A stretch of 64,000 nucleotides of DNA, from the NCBI GenBank assembly GCA_040767195.1, contig JAXGPA010000001.1, forward strand, positions 800,001-864,000, given 5' to 3'. Shown here piece by piece: positions 47,960 to 56,658 of the stretch; the stretch's first letter is position 1; each line of letters begins with the position of its first letter. The notes below the pieces were generated by a model. It saw only the letters and a program-made list of their open reading frames with translations. It was not told where the DNA came from and did no database searches. The translations under genes were made by a program, and so were the position numbers. The stretch is from Syntrophales bacterium (GTDB lineage Bacteria > Desulfobacterota > Syntrophia > Syntrophales > UBA6807).

Positions 47960-48813
47960 AAATTTTATTCACGTCCGACCTCCACGGCCTGAAGAACCTC
48001 TATGAAGAGCTGTTCGAATTGATCCGGACCAGCCGGCCCGATGCCGTTTTCCTCGGAGGGGATCTTTTTCCCAATGAGGGTCCCCTGGAAGAATCCATGG
48101 AGGAGCAGCGGCTTTTCATAGAGAATTTTTTCAGACCGAGGCTTTCCGAATGTCGCCTGGAAAGCCCTTCGACGGAATGGTTTGCCATGCTGGGAAACGA
48201 AGACTGGCATTATCACATCGCCCGCCTTCAGGAGATGGAATATCGAGGTCTCCTCCGGCTCCTCCACAACCGGAAGCATCTTTTGAAAAACGGGTTCGAG
48301 GTGATCGGGTATTGCCATGTCCCCCCCACGCCCTTCAGCAACAAGGACGGAGAGAGAATCGACCAGGCCGGCGTCCCCGGGGAACCCCAGCGGTCATCCC
48401 CCTGCCTCAGCACGAAAGGCGGTCTCCGCGACATCCGGCGAGACAGCTACTTCCGGGCCCAGCCGACCCTGGAAGAAGAGCTCGCGTCGCTTCCCCGCCC
48501 CGCCTTCCCCGAAAGGACCGTCTACGTCTTTCACACCCCACCCTTCGAAACGAGCCTCGACGTGCTTCACGACGGCCGTCACGCCGGAAGCCGGGCGGTC
48601 ACCCGGTTCATCCGGGAAAAACAGCCTTTCCTCACCCTGCACGGACACATCCATGAATCGCCTGTTATGACGGGCCGGTTTACCGACCGGATCGGCAAAA
48701 CCCTCTGCGTCAACCCCGGACACGGCCGGGAAAGGCTTCACGGGGTTTTCCTGGCGTGGGAAGGGAATCGCCTGGACGTCAGGCACACGGTCCTGGGAGA
48801 ACCGTTCGTCTGA
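47956..48813 (+). CDS. Calcineurin-like metallophosphoesterase
   Basis: SDLHG, GGDL, LGNED, HTPP, LHGHIHES, NPG. Confidence 0.9.
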   Translation: MKILFTSDLHGLKNLYEELFELIRTSRPDAVFLGGDLFPNEGPLEESMEEQRLFIENFFRPRLSECRLESPSTEWFAMLGNEDWHYHIARLQEMEYRGLLRLLHNRKHLLKNGFEVIGYCHVPPTPFSNKDGERIDQAGVPGEPQRSSPCLSTKGGLRDIRRDSYFRAQPTLEEELASLPRPAFPERTVYVFHTPPFETSLDVLHDGRHAGSRAVTRFIREKQPFLTLHGHIHESPVMTGRFTDRIGKTLCVNPGHGRERLHGVFLAWEGNRLDVRHTVLGEPFV

Positions 48814-48875
48814 CAGGGAATTTTACAGGTAGACCGGCGGCACCTCTACCAAGAGTGGAAGACCTCTTCGTCTTT

Positions 48876-49889
48876 TCACCAGTTGTTGTTCAGGATACGA
48901 CAGGAGGCTTGACAGTGCCGAATCTCGCGGCGGAGACGTCGGGTCCTTTCGGATCGCCATATCTCCAGGGGTTCCTGCTCCAGGAGATTTCCCGCCGGCT
49001 GCATGCCGTTGCAGAGCCTCACATCGCCGTAGGGATCCACGAGAAAATTGGCATATCCGCAGGGACAGGGAATATTTTTTAGCGATTCCTCGTCCCGGTA
49101 ATAACGGGAAAACAGTTGAAGCTGTTTCAGGGGATTCAGAACGGGAAAACCCTTCCTTTTTAACCGGATGATCTCCGTCATGACCCTGTCGAGAGCATCC
49201 AGGTCATCGATCCATTCGGGATCCCAGCGGTACCACCCGGGTGCCGGCCGGCGGTTCCGGTTTTCCTCGAACTTGTTGTGAACATTCACCGCCGTCAGGA
49301 CCTGAAAAAGGAGCCCCTTCAGGTTATTTTCCCGGGCCAGCCGCACGAGGGCTTCCAGTTCCCCGAGATTGGACCGGAGAATAACCGTTTCCAGGACGAC
49401 GGGGACACCGTTTTCCTTGAGAAGACGGACCGCCGTCATGGTTTTTTCGAAACTCCCGTCGACACCCCGGGTTTTGTCGTGGGTTTCCGGTTTAACGCCG
49501 TTCAGGGAAAGGATCATCTGACGAATGCCCAGGCGGCCCAGCTTTTCCGCGGCCGGCCGATCGATGAGGGTGCCGTTGGAAATGACGATCAGCTGGAAAT
49601 TCATTTCTCGGGAGTCTTTGAGAATCTCCAGAAATTCACTCTTGCAGAAGGGCTCCGCCCCTTCGAAGACGAGAAGGTTCGTCAGGGCGAACCCTTTCAG
49701 GGACCTGAGGATCCGGGTCCACTCTTTCCCCGTCAATTCCTCGGTTCTTGGCTGACCGCGCCATTTAGAGCAGGTCACGCAACGGAGGTTGCAGGCATCC
49801 GTCAGGGCCAGGTTGACTCTCAGAGGACGAAGAGGGATTCTTGATAAACAGGCTATTTCCCTATAAAGTCGTTTTACTTCGCTCTTCAC
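48876..49889 (-). CDS. Radical SAM protein with SPASM/Twitch domain
   Basis: CNLRCVTC, GAEPF, SNG, HDKTRG; C-terminal CPCG..VDPYGDVRLC..GNL..C..SC; likely GTG start overlapping the upstream stop. Confidence 0.9.
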   Translation of the reverse strand: MKSEVKRLYREIACLSRIPLRPLRVNLALTDACNLRCVTCSKWRGQPRTEELTGKEWTRILRSLKGFALTNLLVFEGAEPFCKSEFLEILKDSREMNFQLIVISNGTLIDRPAAEKLGRLGIRQMILSLNGVKPETHDKTRGVDGSFEKTMTAVRLLKENGVPVVLETVILRSNLGELEALVRLARENNLKGLLFQVLTAVNVHNKFEENRNRRPAPGWYRWDPEWIDDLDALDRVMTEIIRLKRKGFPVLNPLKQLQLFSRYYRDEESLKNIPCPCGYANFLVDPYGDVRLCNGMQPAGNLLEQEPLEIWRSERTRRLRREIRHCQASCRILNNNW

Positions 49890-50791
49890 TCGCACCCCTT
49901 CGTGATCTTTTGCTCGCAAGAAACCATCCCGAGGCCGTAAGAAACCATGGCGGCGGAAATCCAGGCCAGGGAAAGCGCCGCTTCATGGGGTTTCATTCGG
50001 TAAGCCCGCCTGTTTCTCAAGATTTTCGACATCAGGGATATCCCTCTGCCCGAAGCGAACACCACGGGAACAGCCCAGGGAAAATCGGTGAAACGCGCAC
50101 CGGGGAGGCTTCTGTCAAGGCACCGGGTGATCAGCGTGTTGGGTCCGTAAACCCGAAACCACATTCGAAGGGATTGGAGGAAGGTTTCGGATTCGTGAAA
50201 GACCCGCAGACTCGGTTCGTGGCACACCGGAATGCCTTTTCGCTCGAAAACCCGGGCCAGAAGCAGGGCCCCTGCACCGTCGCTTACCGGCGGCTTCACG
50301 GGAAGGTCGGGCAGCACGGCTTTCAGCGCTTCTTTCCGGATCACGAAATTCCCGTCAAAAAGGTTGGCGATCCGTTTCCTCTCGGGTGATAAAAATTCCC
50401 CGTGGGTCGTCACCCCTGAGAACCTTTCCACGAACCGTTCCCCGTGATCCACGGCGCCGCTCAGAACCTGTCTTTTTCCCAAATGCTCTTTAATCCGGGA
50501 AATCCAGTCACGACTGACGATACAGTGGGAATCGGTGAAGGCCAGGACGTCAAACCGCGACACCTCTGCCGCCTGCCGCAGGAACCCGAACCAGCCTTCT
50601 CCTTTTTCCAGAAGGACGGTCCGGTAGCCGGCAGCCGGTCCCTCTACGGAGCCAAGGAGACCGTGGCCGGCGACAACCACTTCAAAGGGAACAGGAGCTC
50701 CCTGTTTCTGAATGAGAATCGCCGAGAGGGAGGATTCGAGAGGGATCGTCCCTTTCTTGTCCGTCAGAAAAACACTGATCCCGCTGTCCAT
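49886..50791 (-). CDS. Divergent GT2/GT-A fold glycosyltransferase-like protein
   Basis: FEVVVA, VLAFTDSHCIVSRDW, GNFVIRKEAL, EPSLRVFH; C-terminal hydrophobic segments. Confidence 0.65.
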   Translation of the reverse strand: MDSGISVFLTDKKGTIPLESSLSAILIQKQGAPVPFEVVVAGHGLLGSVEGPAAGYRTVLLEKGEGWFGFLRQAAEVSRFDVLAFTDSHCIVSRDWISRIKEHLGKRQVLSGAVDHGERFVERFSGVTTHGEFLSPERKRIANLFDGNFVIRKEALKAVLPDLPVKPPVSDGAGALLLARVFERKGIPVCHEPSLRVFHESETFLQSLRMWFRVYGPNTLITRCLDRSLPGARFTDFPWAVPVVFASGRGISLMSKILRNRRAYRMKPHEAALSLAWISAAMVSYGLGMVSCEQKITKGCE

Positions 50792-50846
50792 GACAAACTC
50801 CTGCCGGTCGAATAGGAATCTGAATGGTTCCGCCTGACGAATCAGA

Positions 50847-51701
50847 TCAGCCGTCAGCTCCGTCCGGTCCCGTTCCGGTGTATCGGTCGAGAATCTTTTC
50901 CATGGCGGCGTTCCAGCCCCGGGATCCAGGGTGAGGCGCCCGGATCACGTCCGGCCCGGAGAAGGGTTCGTATTGTCCGTCCGGATGGGGGATGAGGACG
51001 GGCATATCGACGGATTCAAGCATCGGAAAATCGTTGGGGCTATCCCCCAGCCCGACGGTGAGGGGCCTTTTTCCGAATTTTTTCCCCAGGATTTCCGTGA
51101 CCAGGCGGACGGCCTTCCCCTTATCCTGGTTTGCGCCGATGAGATGATGAAACCGTCCACCCCGAGTCACCCGGAGACCCTCCAGGGCGGCCCGGTCTTC
51201 AATCTCCGGGAGCGATTCCTCTCGTTCAAGGAGAAAGGGCTCGGTGAATTCCCGCGCTGCCGCCCGCAGGGCCTCATCATGAGAGAGATCGGTGAGGCGG
51301 CTGATTTCCGTCGCCTCCATGTCCCCGAAACCGCGGACGCCGTAAGATGGATCCAGGGTTTTCATGAAACGGCGAATCTCCCCGTAGGGCTTCCCAAGAC
51401 GGACGAAAACATGGGGCGGTGAAATGATTCCTCCAGGAACCCAGGGGGCGTCCGAGGCGGGAAAGAAAACCCCCCCGCCGTTTTCGGAAATGAAGGGATC
51501 GTGGAATCCCAGGAGATCCCGGAGCGATTCGATTTCCCGCCTCGTCTTGCTTGTCGTGAAGATGAGGGGAATACCTCGATTTCGAAGCCTCTCCAGGGCG
51601 GGACGGGCGGCGGCAAAGGAATAGTCCTCATGATCCAGAAGGGTCCCGTCGAGATCGGTGAAGACGGCCATCCTGTTTTCGAGGCGAGTCGTCCCGTCCA
51701 T
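50847..51701 (-). CDS. Mannosyl/glucosyl-3-phosphoglycerate phosphatase family (HAD-IIB, MpgP/YedP)
   Basis: FTDLDGTLLDH, TSKTRRE, ENGG, REFTEPF, GGRFHH, DKGKA, LGDSPND. Confidence 0.9.
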   Translation of the reverse strand: MDGTTRLENRMAVFTDLDGTLLDHEDYSFAAARPALERLRNRGIPLIFTTSKTRREIESLRDLLGFHDPFISENGGGVFFPASDAPWVPGGIISPPHVFVRLGKPYGEIRRFMKTLDPSYGVRGFGDMEATEISRLTDLSHDEALRAAAREFTEPFLLEREESLPEIEDRAALEGLRVTRGGRFHHLIGANQDKGKAVRLVTEILGKKFGKRPLTVGLGDSPNDFPMLESVDMPVLIPHPDGQYEPFSGPDVIRAPHPGSRGWNAAMEKILDRYTGTGPDGADG

Positions 51702-51710
51702 GACAATCAG

Positions 51711-52508
51711 TCATTCCCTTATCCGGATTCGGAGTGGAAAGTCCTTCGCACCGTTCAGCGAAGAGATGCTCAGTTGCGAAGCGGCATTTCCACCGGGCAC
51801 GGCGATCTCGAGAAGACCGAAGCTGTTGAAAAGAGCCACCAGAGGCTCCCGGGTGTCATAATGGTCCGCTATCCTTTCCACGGAACGCCCGGCGATTTCC
51901 AGTGAAAAGGAAGACAGCCCCACGGTCCTTTCCAGGGTTTCCCGGGTCAGGGCGAAGATGAGGTTGCCGAAATGGTCCACGTGAACCAGGGGAACCTCCA
52001 GACCCCAATCCGTTCTGCGGACCGAGACGCCGGGCAGGGTGACGATCCCGTCCTGAAAGGACCCGAGCCTGAAAACAGGGATGCCCCGGTCCAGGTAAGC
52101 CGCCGCGGGGGCGAAAACATCCCGGCCGTGGAACGTGCCGCCCGGGGCGCTTTTCAAGTGGAACTCGGGCCGGTCCAGGGCCACCACCTGTTTCGGCGTC
52201 GCCGGAACCGTTTCGACAAAGCTGAAAAGGCCATTGTCGGGACCGACGAAGTAATAGTCCCCCGCCCGGATCGCCAACGGTTTCCGCGACGTTCCCACAC
52301 CGGGATCGACCACGGCGACGAAAACCGTCTTGGCGGGGAAAAACGGGTAGGACTGCTCCAGGAAAAGACGGGCCAGGGCGATGTTCCCCGGGGGGACCCG
52401 GTGGCTCAGGTCGAGGATTTCCGAGGACGGGGAGATCTTCTTGATCACCCCTTTCATGATGCCCACATAGGGGTCCGAAAGTCCGAAATCGGTGATAAGA
52501 ACGATCAT
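51711..52508 (-). CDS. SAM hydroxide adenosyltransferase / chlorinase family (DUF62)
   Basis: LITDFGLSDPYVGIMKG, VVDPGVGT, GPDNGL, TFHGRDVFAP, HVDHFGN. Confidence 0.93.
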   Translation of the reverse strand: MIVLITDFGLSDPYVGIMKGVIKKISPSSEILDLSHRVPPGNIALARLFLEQSYPFFPAKTVFVAVVDPGVGTSRKPLAIRAGDYYFVGPDNGLFSFVETVPATPKQVVALDRPEFHLKSAPGGTFHGRDVFAPAAAYLDRGIPVFRLGSFQDGIVTLPGVSVRRTDWGLEVPLVHVDHFGNLIFALTRETLERTVGLSSFSLEIAGRSVERIADHYDTREPLVALFNSFGLLEIAVPGGNAASQLSISSLNGAKDFPLRIRIRE

Positions 52509-52771
52509 GGAAGGTCCTTTCCTCCGGGGATCACGACGGTCCAGCGGTCGAAGAGGGCGTGATAACAGAGGATGTATTCCCCGCCTTCTTCCGTGCGCAC
52601 CTTGAAATAATCCAGCGGCGGGCGTCCCGGGTCGGTTCCCCCTTCGTACCACCGGTCAAGAATGTCCGTGACGACACGGCGCTTTCCCCTGAAGACGAAG
52701 GCCCTGGGCCGCTCGTTCACCTTGTAACCGCTGTAGCATTCCACGAAGACGACTTCCGTCTCCATGGCCAT
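52505..52771 (-). CDS. Small conserved hypothetical protein
   Basis: VECYSGYKVNERPRAF..ILDRWY..YFKVRT..Y.L..D.W; GGAG SD; ATGA overlap with the DUF62 gene. Confidence 0.75.
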   Translation of the reverse strand: MAMETEVVFVECYSGYKVNERPRAFVFRGKRRVVTDILDRWYEGGTDPGRPPLDYFKVRTEEGGEYILCYHALFDRWTVVIPGGKDLP

Positions 52772-52805
52772 TGTTTCTTCTCCCTTTTTTTTCGGGGATC
52801 GTCTC

Positions 52806-53888
52806 TCAATCTTCTGACAAGGCGCGAACCATGTCCTTGATCTCTTCAACCCGGTCGCCGGGGACGACAAGGGTCCGCTTGCCCGAGCGGACGATGACGA
52901 GGTTCTCCACGCCGAGGAGCATCACCGTCTCCGCCGGGTCTTCGCAGAAGACAAGATTCCCCCGGGCGTCCTGGCAAACAAGGTTCCCCCGGCGGCAATT
53001 GTCTTCTCCGTCCCGTTCCAGAAATTCCCGGAAGGCATGCCATCCCCCCACGTCGTTCCATGAAAAAAGAGACCGGACACAGCCGGCCCCGTCCACCTTT
53101 TCCATGATTCCGTAATCGATGGAAATGACCGGCAGGGCCTGGAAGGCGTCGTCCAGGGCCCCTTCCCAACGCTCCGTTCCAAGGGCTTGCACGGCCCGGG
53201 AAAGGATCCGCACGTGTTCGGGAAGATGGGCGGCCAGGGCCTCCTGGATGGCCCGTACGGTCCAGACGAACATGCCGGAATTCCAGAGATAGCGGCCGGT
53301 TTGCAGATAGTGCCGCGCCGTCTTTTCGTCGGGCTTCTCCTTGAACCGGGCGACCTGGAAGTGCTCAATGATGCCGTCATGACAGATTTTCGGGCCGAGT
53401 TCGATGTAGCCGTAAGCCGTGGCGGGCCGGGTGGGAGGAATTCCGAGAGTGTAAAGCCTCCCGCTCTCCCCGGCGGACCGGACCGCCGAGAGAATCGTTT
53501 CCTGGAAACGTTCCTTCGGTTCGATGAGATGATCCGCGGTCAGAACCATCATGACGGAATTGCCGAAACGGACGGCACAGATGAAGGACGCCAGTGCCAC
53601 CGCCGCCGCCGTGTCCCGCCGCAGGGGCTCGCCGAAAACATTTTCCGGCGGTAATTCGGGAAGCTGTTCCCGGACAAGGCCGACGAAAGCCCGGTTCGTC
53701 AGCACAAGGGTCCTTTCCGGGGGGACCATCCCTTCGAGACGGTCGAAACTTTTCTGGAGAAGGCTCCGGTCATCGAAGAGGCCGAGGAACTGCTTCGGTT
53801 TCCTTTCCGTGCTCAAAGGCCAGAACCGGGTGCCCGCGCCACCGGCCATGATCACCGCCACCGGCTGCTCCGTTTTGACCTTCACCAT
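52806..53888 (-). CDS. manC: Mannose-1-phosphate guanylyltransferase
   Basis: IMAGGAGTRFWPLS..PKQF, EP.RRDTA, TADH, TAYGYIE, FKEKP, WNSGMF, SIDYGIMEK, WNDVG. Confidence 0.92.
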   Translation of the reverse strand: MVKVKTEQPVAVIMAGGAGTRFWPLSTERKPKQFLGLFDDRSLLQKSFDRLEGMVPPERTLVLTNRAFVGLVREQLPELPPENVFGEPLRRDTAAAVALASFICAVRFGNSVMMVLTADHLIEPKERFQETILSAVRSAGESGRLYTLGIPPTRPATAYGYIELGPKICHDGIIEHFQVARFKEKPDEKTARHYLQTGRYLWNSGMFVWTVRAIQEALAAHLPEHVRILSRAVQALGTERWEGALDDAFQALPVISIDYGIMEKVDGAGCVRSLFSWNDVGGWHAFREFLERDGEDNCRRGNLVCQDARGNLVFCEDPAETVMLLGVENLVIVRSGKRTLVVPGDRVEEIKDMVRALSED

Positions 53889-53930
53889 GACATTTCCTTC
53901 TTTTCAAGAGGCCTGTGCCCCGGGAATCCG

Positions 53931-54290
53931 TCAAACCCTTCCGTAATCGTCGTCCCGGCGCTCGATGTCGTTCTCCTCGAAGGATTTTCCCGTCTGGACC
54001 TCTATGAAAACGAGGTCCTCCGTCCCCGTGTTTTCCACCCGGTGCCAGCCTCCCAGGGGGATGTCCGTCGATTCGCCGGCTTTCAACACCCTTTCTTCCC
54101 CGTCCCGGGTTACCCGGCCCTCTCCCCGGATCACGAACCAGTGTTCCCGCCTCTTTTCATGACGCTGGAGGCTGATCCGCGCCCCCGGGTGGACCACCAG
54201 GCGCTTCACCTTGTGGTCTTTTTCATCGGAAAGGACGACAAAAAATCCCCACGGGCGCCTGTCCGTCTCACCGGTCATTTCGTTCGCCAC
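53931..54290 (-). CDS. Type II phosphomannose isomerase C-terminal cupin (stand-alone)
   Basis: RPWG..KVKRLVVHPGARISLQRH..EHWFV..HRVEN..IEVQTG..ENDIER.DDYGR. Confidence 0.92.
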   Translation of the reverse strand: MANEMTGETDRRPWGFFVVLSDEKDHKVKRLVVHPGARISLQRHEKRREHWFVIRGEGRVTRDGEERVLKAGESTDIPLGGWHRVENTGTEDLVFIEVQTGKSFEENDIERRDDDYGRV

Positions 54291-54347
54291 CTTTTTTCCT
54301 GTTCCCGCCGTCCGTTAAAGCTGGCCGGCGGTGCTCCATGATCCCTT

Positions 54348-55703
54348 TTACAGCCCCCTTCGGATTTCTTCAAGGGTCTCCTCGAAAAAAGAGCGGATTT
54401 CCCGAAGCCGTTCCTCCGTCGCCGCCTCGAAACGAAGGACCAGGACCGGCCCCGTGTTGGACGCCCGGAGAAGCCCCCAGCCGTCGTCGAATTCCACCCG
54501 CACACCGTCCACGTCGATGACCTCGAAACGGCCTTCCAGGGCCTCCCGGAAGGCCTCGACAACGAGGAACTTCTTTTCTTCCGGGCAGGGGATGCGTATT
54601 TCCGGCGTGTTGAACGTCTTCGGCAGGTCTTCCAGGTATGTCGAGACGGGGCCCCCTCTTGCCGAAACGATTTCCAGGAGGCGGCACGCCGCGTACAGGG
54701 CGTCGTCGAAGCCGAAATAGCGGTCGGCGAAGAAAAGGTGGCCGCTCATTTCCCCGGCGAGAATGGCTTTCTCTTCCCTCAACCTCTGCTTGATGAGCGA
54801 GTGACCGGCCTTCCCCATGACGGGGCGGCCGCCCCGTTTCCGGATGTCATCGTAAAGATTCCGGGAGCACTTGACTTCCCCGATGATGGTGGCCCCGGGA
54901 TGGTGTTTCAGGATCTCCCGGGCGAAGACGACCATGAGCATGTCCCCATAGAGCATGTTTCCCCGGTCGTCGATGACCCCGATCCGGTCGGCGTCGCCGT
55001 CGAAGCCGATGCCCAGTTCGAGACCTTCGGAAAGGACCGTGTTTCTCAATTCTTCCATGTTACCGGGCACCGTGGGATCGGGTTCATGATTGGGGAAACG
55101 GCCGTCCATCTCGAAATGGAGCGCCCTGACCGGGTTGCCGAGCCTCTCGAAAACCGGGCCCGCCGCCACGCCGCCGGTGCCGTTTCCGGCGTCCACGGCA
55201 AGCCGGACAGGCCTCTTCAGCCGGATGTTGGCCGCCAGGAAATCGCTGTAAGGGGTGAGCATATCCACGTCCCGTAAAACGCCCCCGGGCCGCGGAACGA
55301 ATTCCCTGTTTTCCAGGGCTCTTCGGAACGATTGGATTTCCTCGCCGAAGATCGTGTCGTATCCCCGGCATATCTTGAAGCCGTTGTATTCCGGGGGGTT
55401 GTGGCTTGCTGTGACCATGATGCCGCCGGCGGCCTGAAAGTGACGGAGGGAAAAATAGAGCAGGGGCGTGGGGCACACCCCGAGATCGAGAACTTCCGCC
55501 CCCGCGTCGAGAAGACCTTCCACCAGGGCCTCCCGGATCTGCGGAGAGCTGAGGCGGCAGTCCCGGGCCACGGTGATCCGTTTTCCCCCGGACGCCCCCA
55601 GCCGTGTTCCGTATACCCGGCCGACGGCCCGGACATCCTCCCCGTCGAAGTCCCGGCCCCAGACGCCCCGGATGTCGTATTCCCTGAAGATTTCCCCCTT
55701 CAT
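54348..55703 (-). CDS. Phosphomannomutase/phosphoglucomutase (AlgC/ManB)
   Basis: FREYDIRG, TASHNPPEYNGFK, FDGDADR, GEMSGH, RASNT. Confidence 0.96.
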   Translation of the reverse strand: MKGEIFREYDIRGVWGRDFDGEDVRAVGRVYGTRLGASGGKRITVARDCRLSSPQIREALVEGLLDAGAEVLDLGVCPTPLLYFSLRHFQAAGGIMVTASHNPPEYNGFKICRGYDTIFGEEIQSFRRALENREFVPRPGGVLRDVDMLTPYSDFLAANIRLKRPVRLAVDAGNGTGGVAAGPVFERLGNPVRALHFEMDGRFPNHEPDPTVPGNMEELRNTVLSEGLELGIGFDGDADRIGVIDDRGNMLYGDMLMVVFAREILKHHPGATIIGEVKCSRNLYDDIRKRGGRPVMGKAGHSLIKQRLREEKAILAGEMSGHLFFADRYFGFDDALYAACRLLEIVSARGGPVSTYLEDLPKTFNTPEIRIPCPEEKKFLVVEAFREALEGRFEVIDVDGVRVEFDDGWGLLRASNTGPVLVLRFEAATEERLREIRSFFEETLEEIRRGL

Positions 55704-55846
55704 CACCGGCTCCCGGCCCTGCCCCGCATCCACGGGACGGTATTTGTGCCGAAGGGGTACCTCAAGTGGAATGGATTGTCCAGTTTTTTTGAAAGGACCG
55801 GGGATACGCGGCGAAAAAAAAGAGAGGGGCGACGAAACCGTTTCTG

Positions 55847-56077
55847 TCAGAGGGGGCGGATCTCGTGGTAAGGAACTTGGCCCTTACGGAGGGCCGATTC
55901 GACGGCTTCACGGTCGGAGGCGGCAAAGCGGATGCACACGCCGCAGTCCGAGCTGATGTGCCGGGGAACGGGAATGACCTTGTGAGAAACGGCCGCCTTT
56001 TTCAGGGCTTTTTCTCCCATGAGGGCGGCGCTCGTGGATTCGAAAAGGACGACCCCGTAATGTTCGCTTCCGCTCAT
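55847..56077 (-). CDS. DUF3343 family protein
   Basis: LFESTSAALMGEKALKK..VIPVPRHISSDCGVCIRF. Confidence 0.85.
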   Translation of the reverse strand: MSGSEHYGVVLFESTSAALMGEKALKKAAVSHKVIPVPRHISSDCGVCIRFAASDREAVESALRKGQVPYHEIRPL

Positions 56078-56658
56078 ATCCGGATCAGCCTTCCCGCGGC
56101 GAAAAGGGTTTCCGCGATGGTGTACATGTTTGAAACCGTTCCCACGGCCAGTTTATCCTTTATTTTCAGAAAATCCAGGCAGGTTCCGCAGACGAGAATC
56201 TCCGTGCCCTTCCTCTCCATGGACCGGATGTCCTCGAGAACATCCGACCCCTCCGTGGCCAGGCGGGCTCCCGTGTTGTAAAAGATGACCGTGTCGGGCC
56301 GGGGAAGTCCCTCGTTCATCGTGTGAAAGAAGCTCCTGACGAGGACTTTCCCCAGATCCTCGTTCCCCCGGCCCATGGTGTCCGCCGAGATCACGACGAC
56401 CACCGGTCCCGTCTCCGGGGAAGGGTCCCTGGAAGGTTCTTCGTCTTTCTTCCGTGCTATCGCAATCCGCGTTCCCCGGTCCGTCTCCTCGACGGTTGCC
56501 GCGCACCCCAGGGCCCGGGCCAGGCGGCTCACGTTTTCCCGGGCGGCGGGGTTGTCCACGTAAATGACACAACCGCCCGACTCCTCCACGGCCTTCTTCG
56601 CCATCAGGACAGGGGCGGGACAGGCGAGCCCCCGGGCGTCGATTTCCTTTTCTTTCAT
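56074..56658 (-). CDS. yedF: Sulfurtransferase-like selenium metabolism protein YedF (TusA + DsrE-like domains)
   Basis: IDARGLACPAPV, VDNPAARENV, MGRGNEDLG, FYNTG, CGTCLDF, GTVSNMY. Confidence 0.9.
   Translation of the reverse strand: MKEKEIDARGLACPAPVLMAKKAVEESGGCVIYVDNPAARENVSRLARALGCAATVEETDRGTRIAIARKKDEEPSRDPSPETGPVVVVISADTMGRGNEDLGKVLVRSFFHTMNEGLPRPDTVIFYNTGARLATEGSDVLEDIRSMERKGTEILVCGTCLDFLKIKDKLAVGTVSNMYTIAETLFAAGRLIRI

Noticed and set aside
48846..48878. TGA ending the radical SAM gene followed by nine more sense codons (possible Sec readthrough)
   Set aside because: The TGA does not clearly align with a conserved Cys and no convincing SECIS-like stem follows.
51711..52508. DUF62 gene as a fluorinase or chlorinase
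   Set aside because: It keeps the TFHGRD motif typical of SAM hydroxide adenosyltransferases, and there is no halometabolite context.
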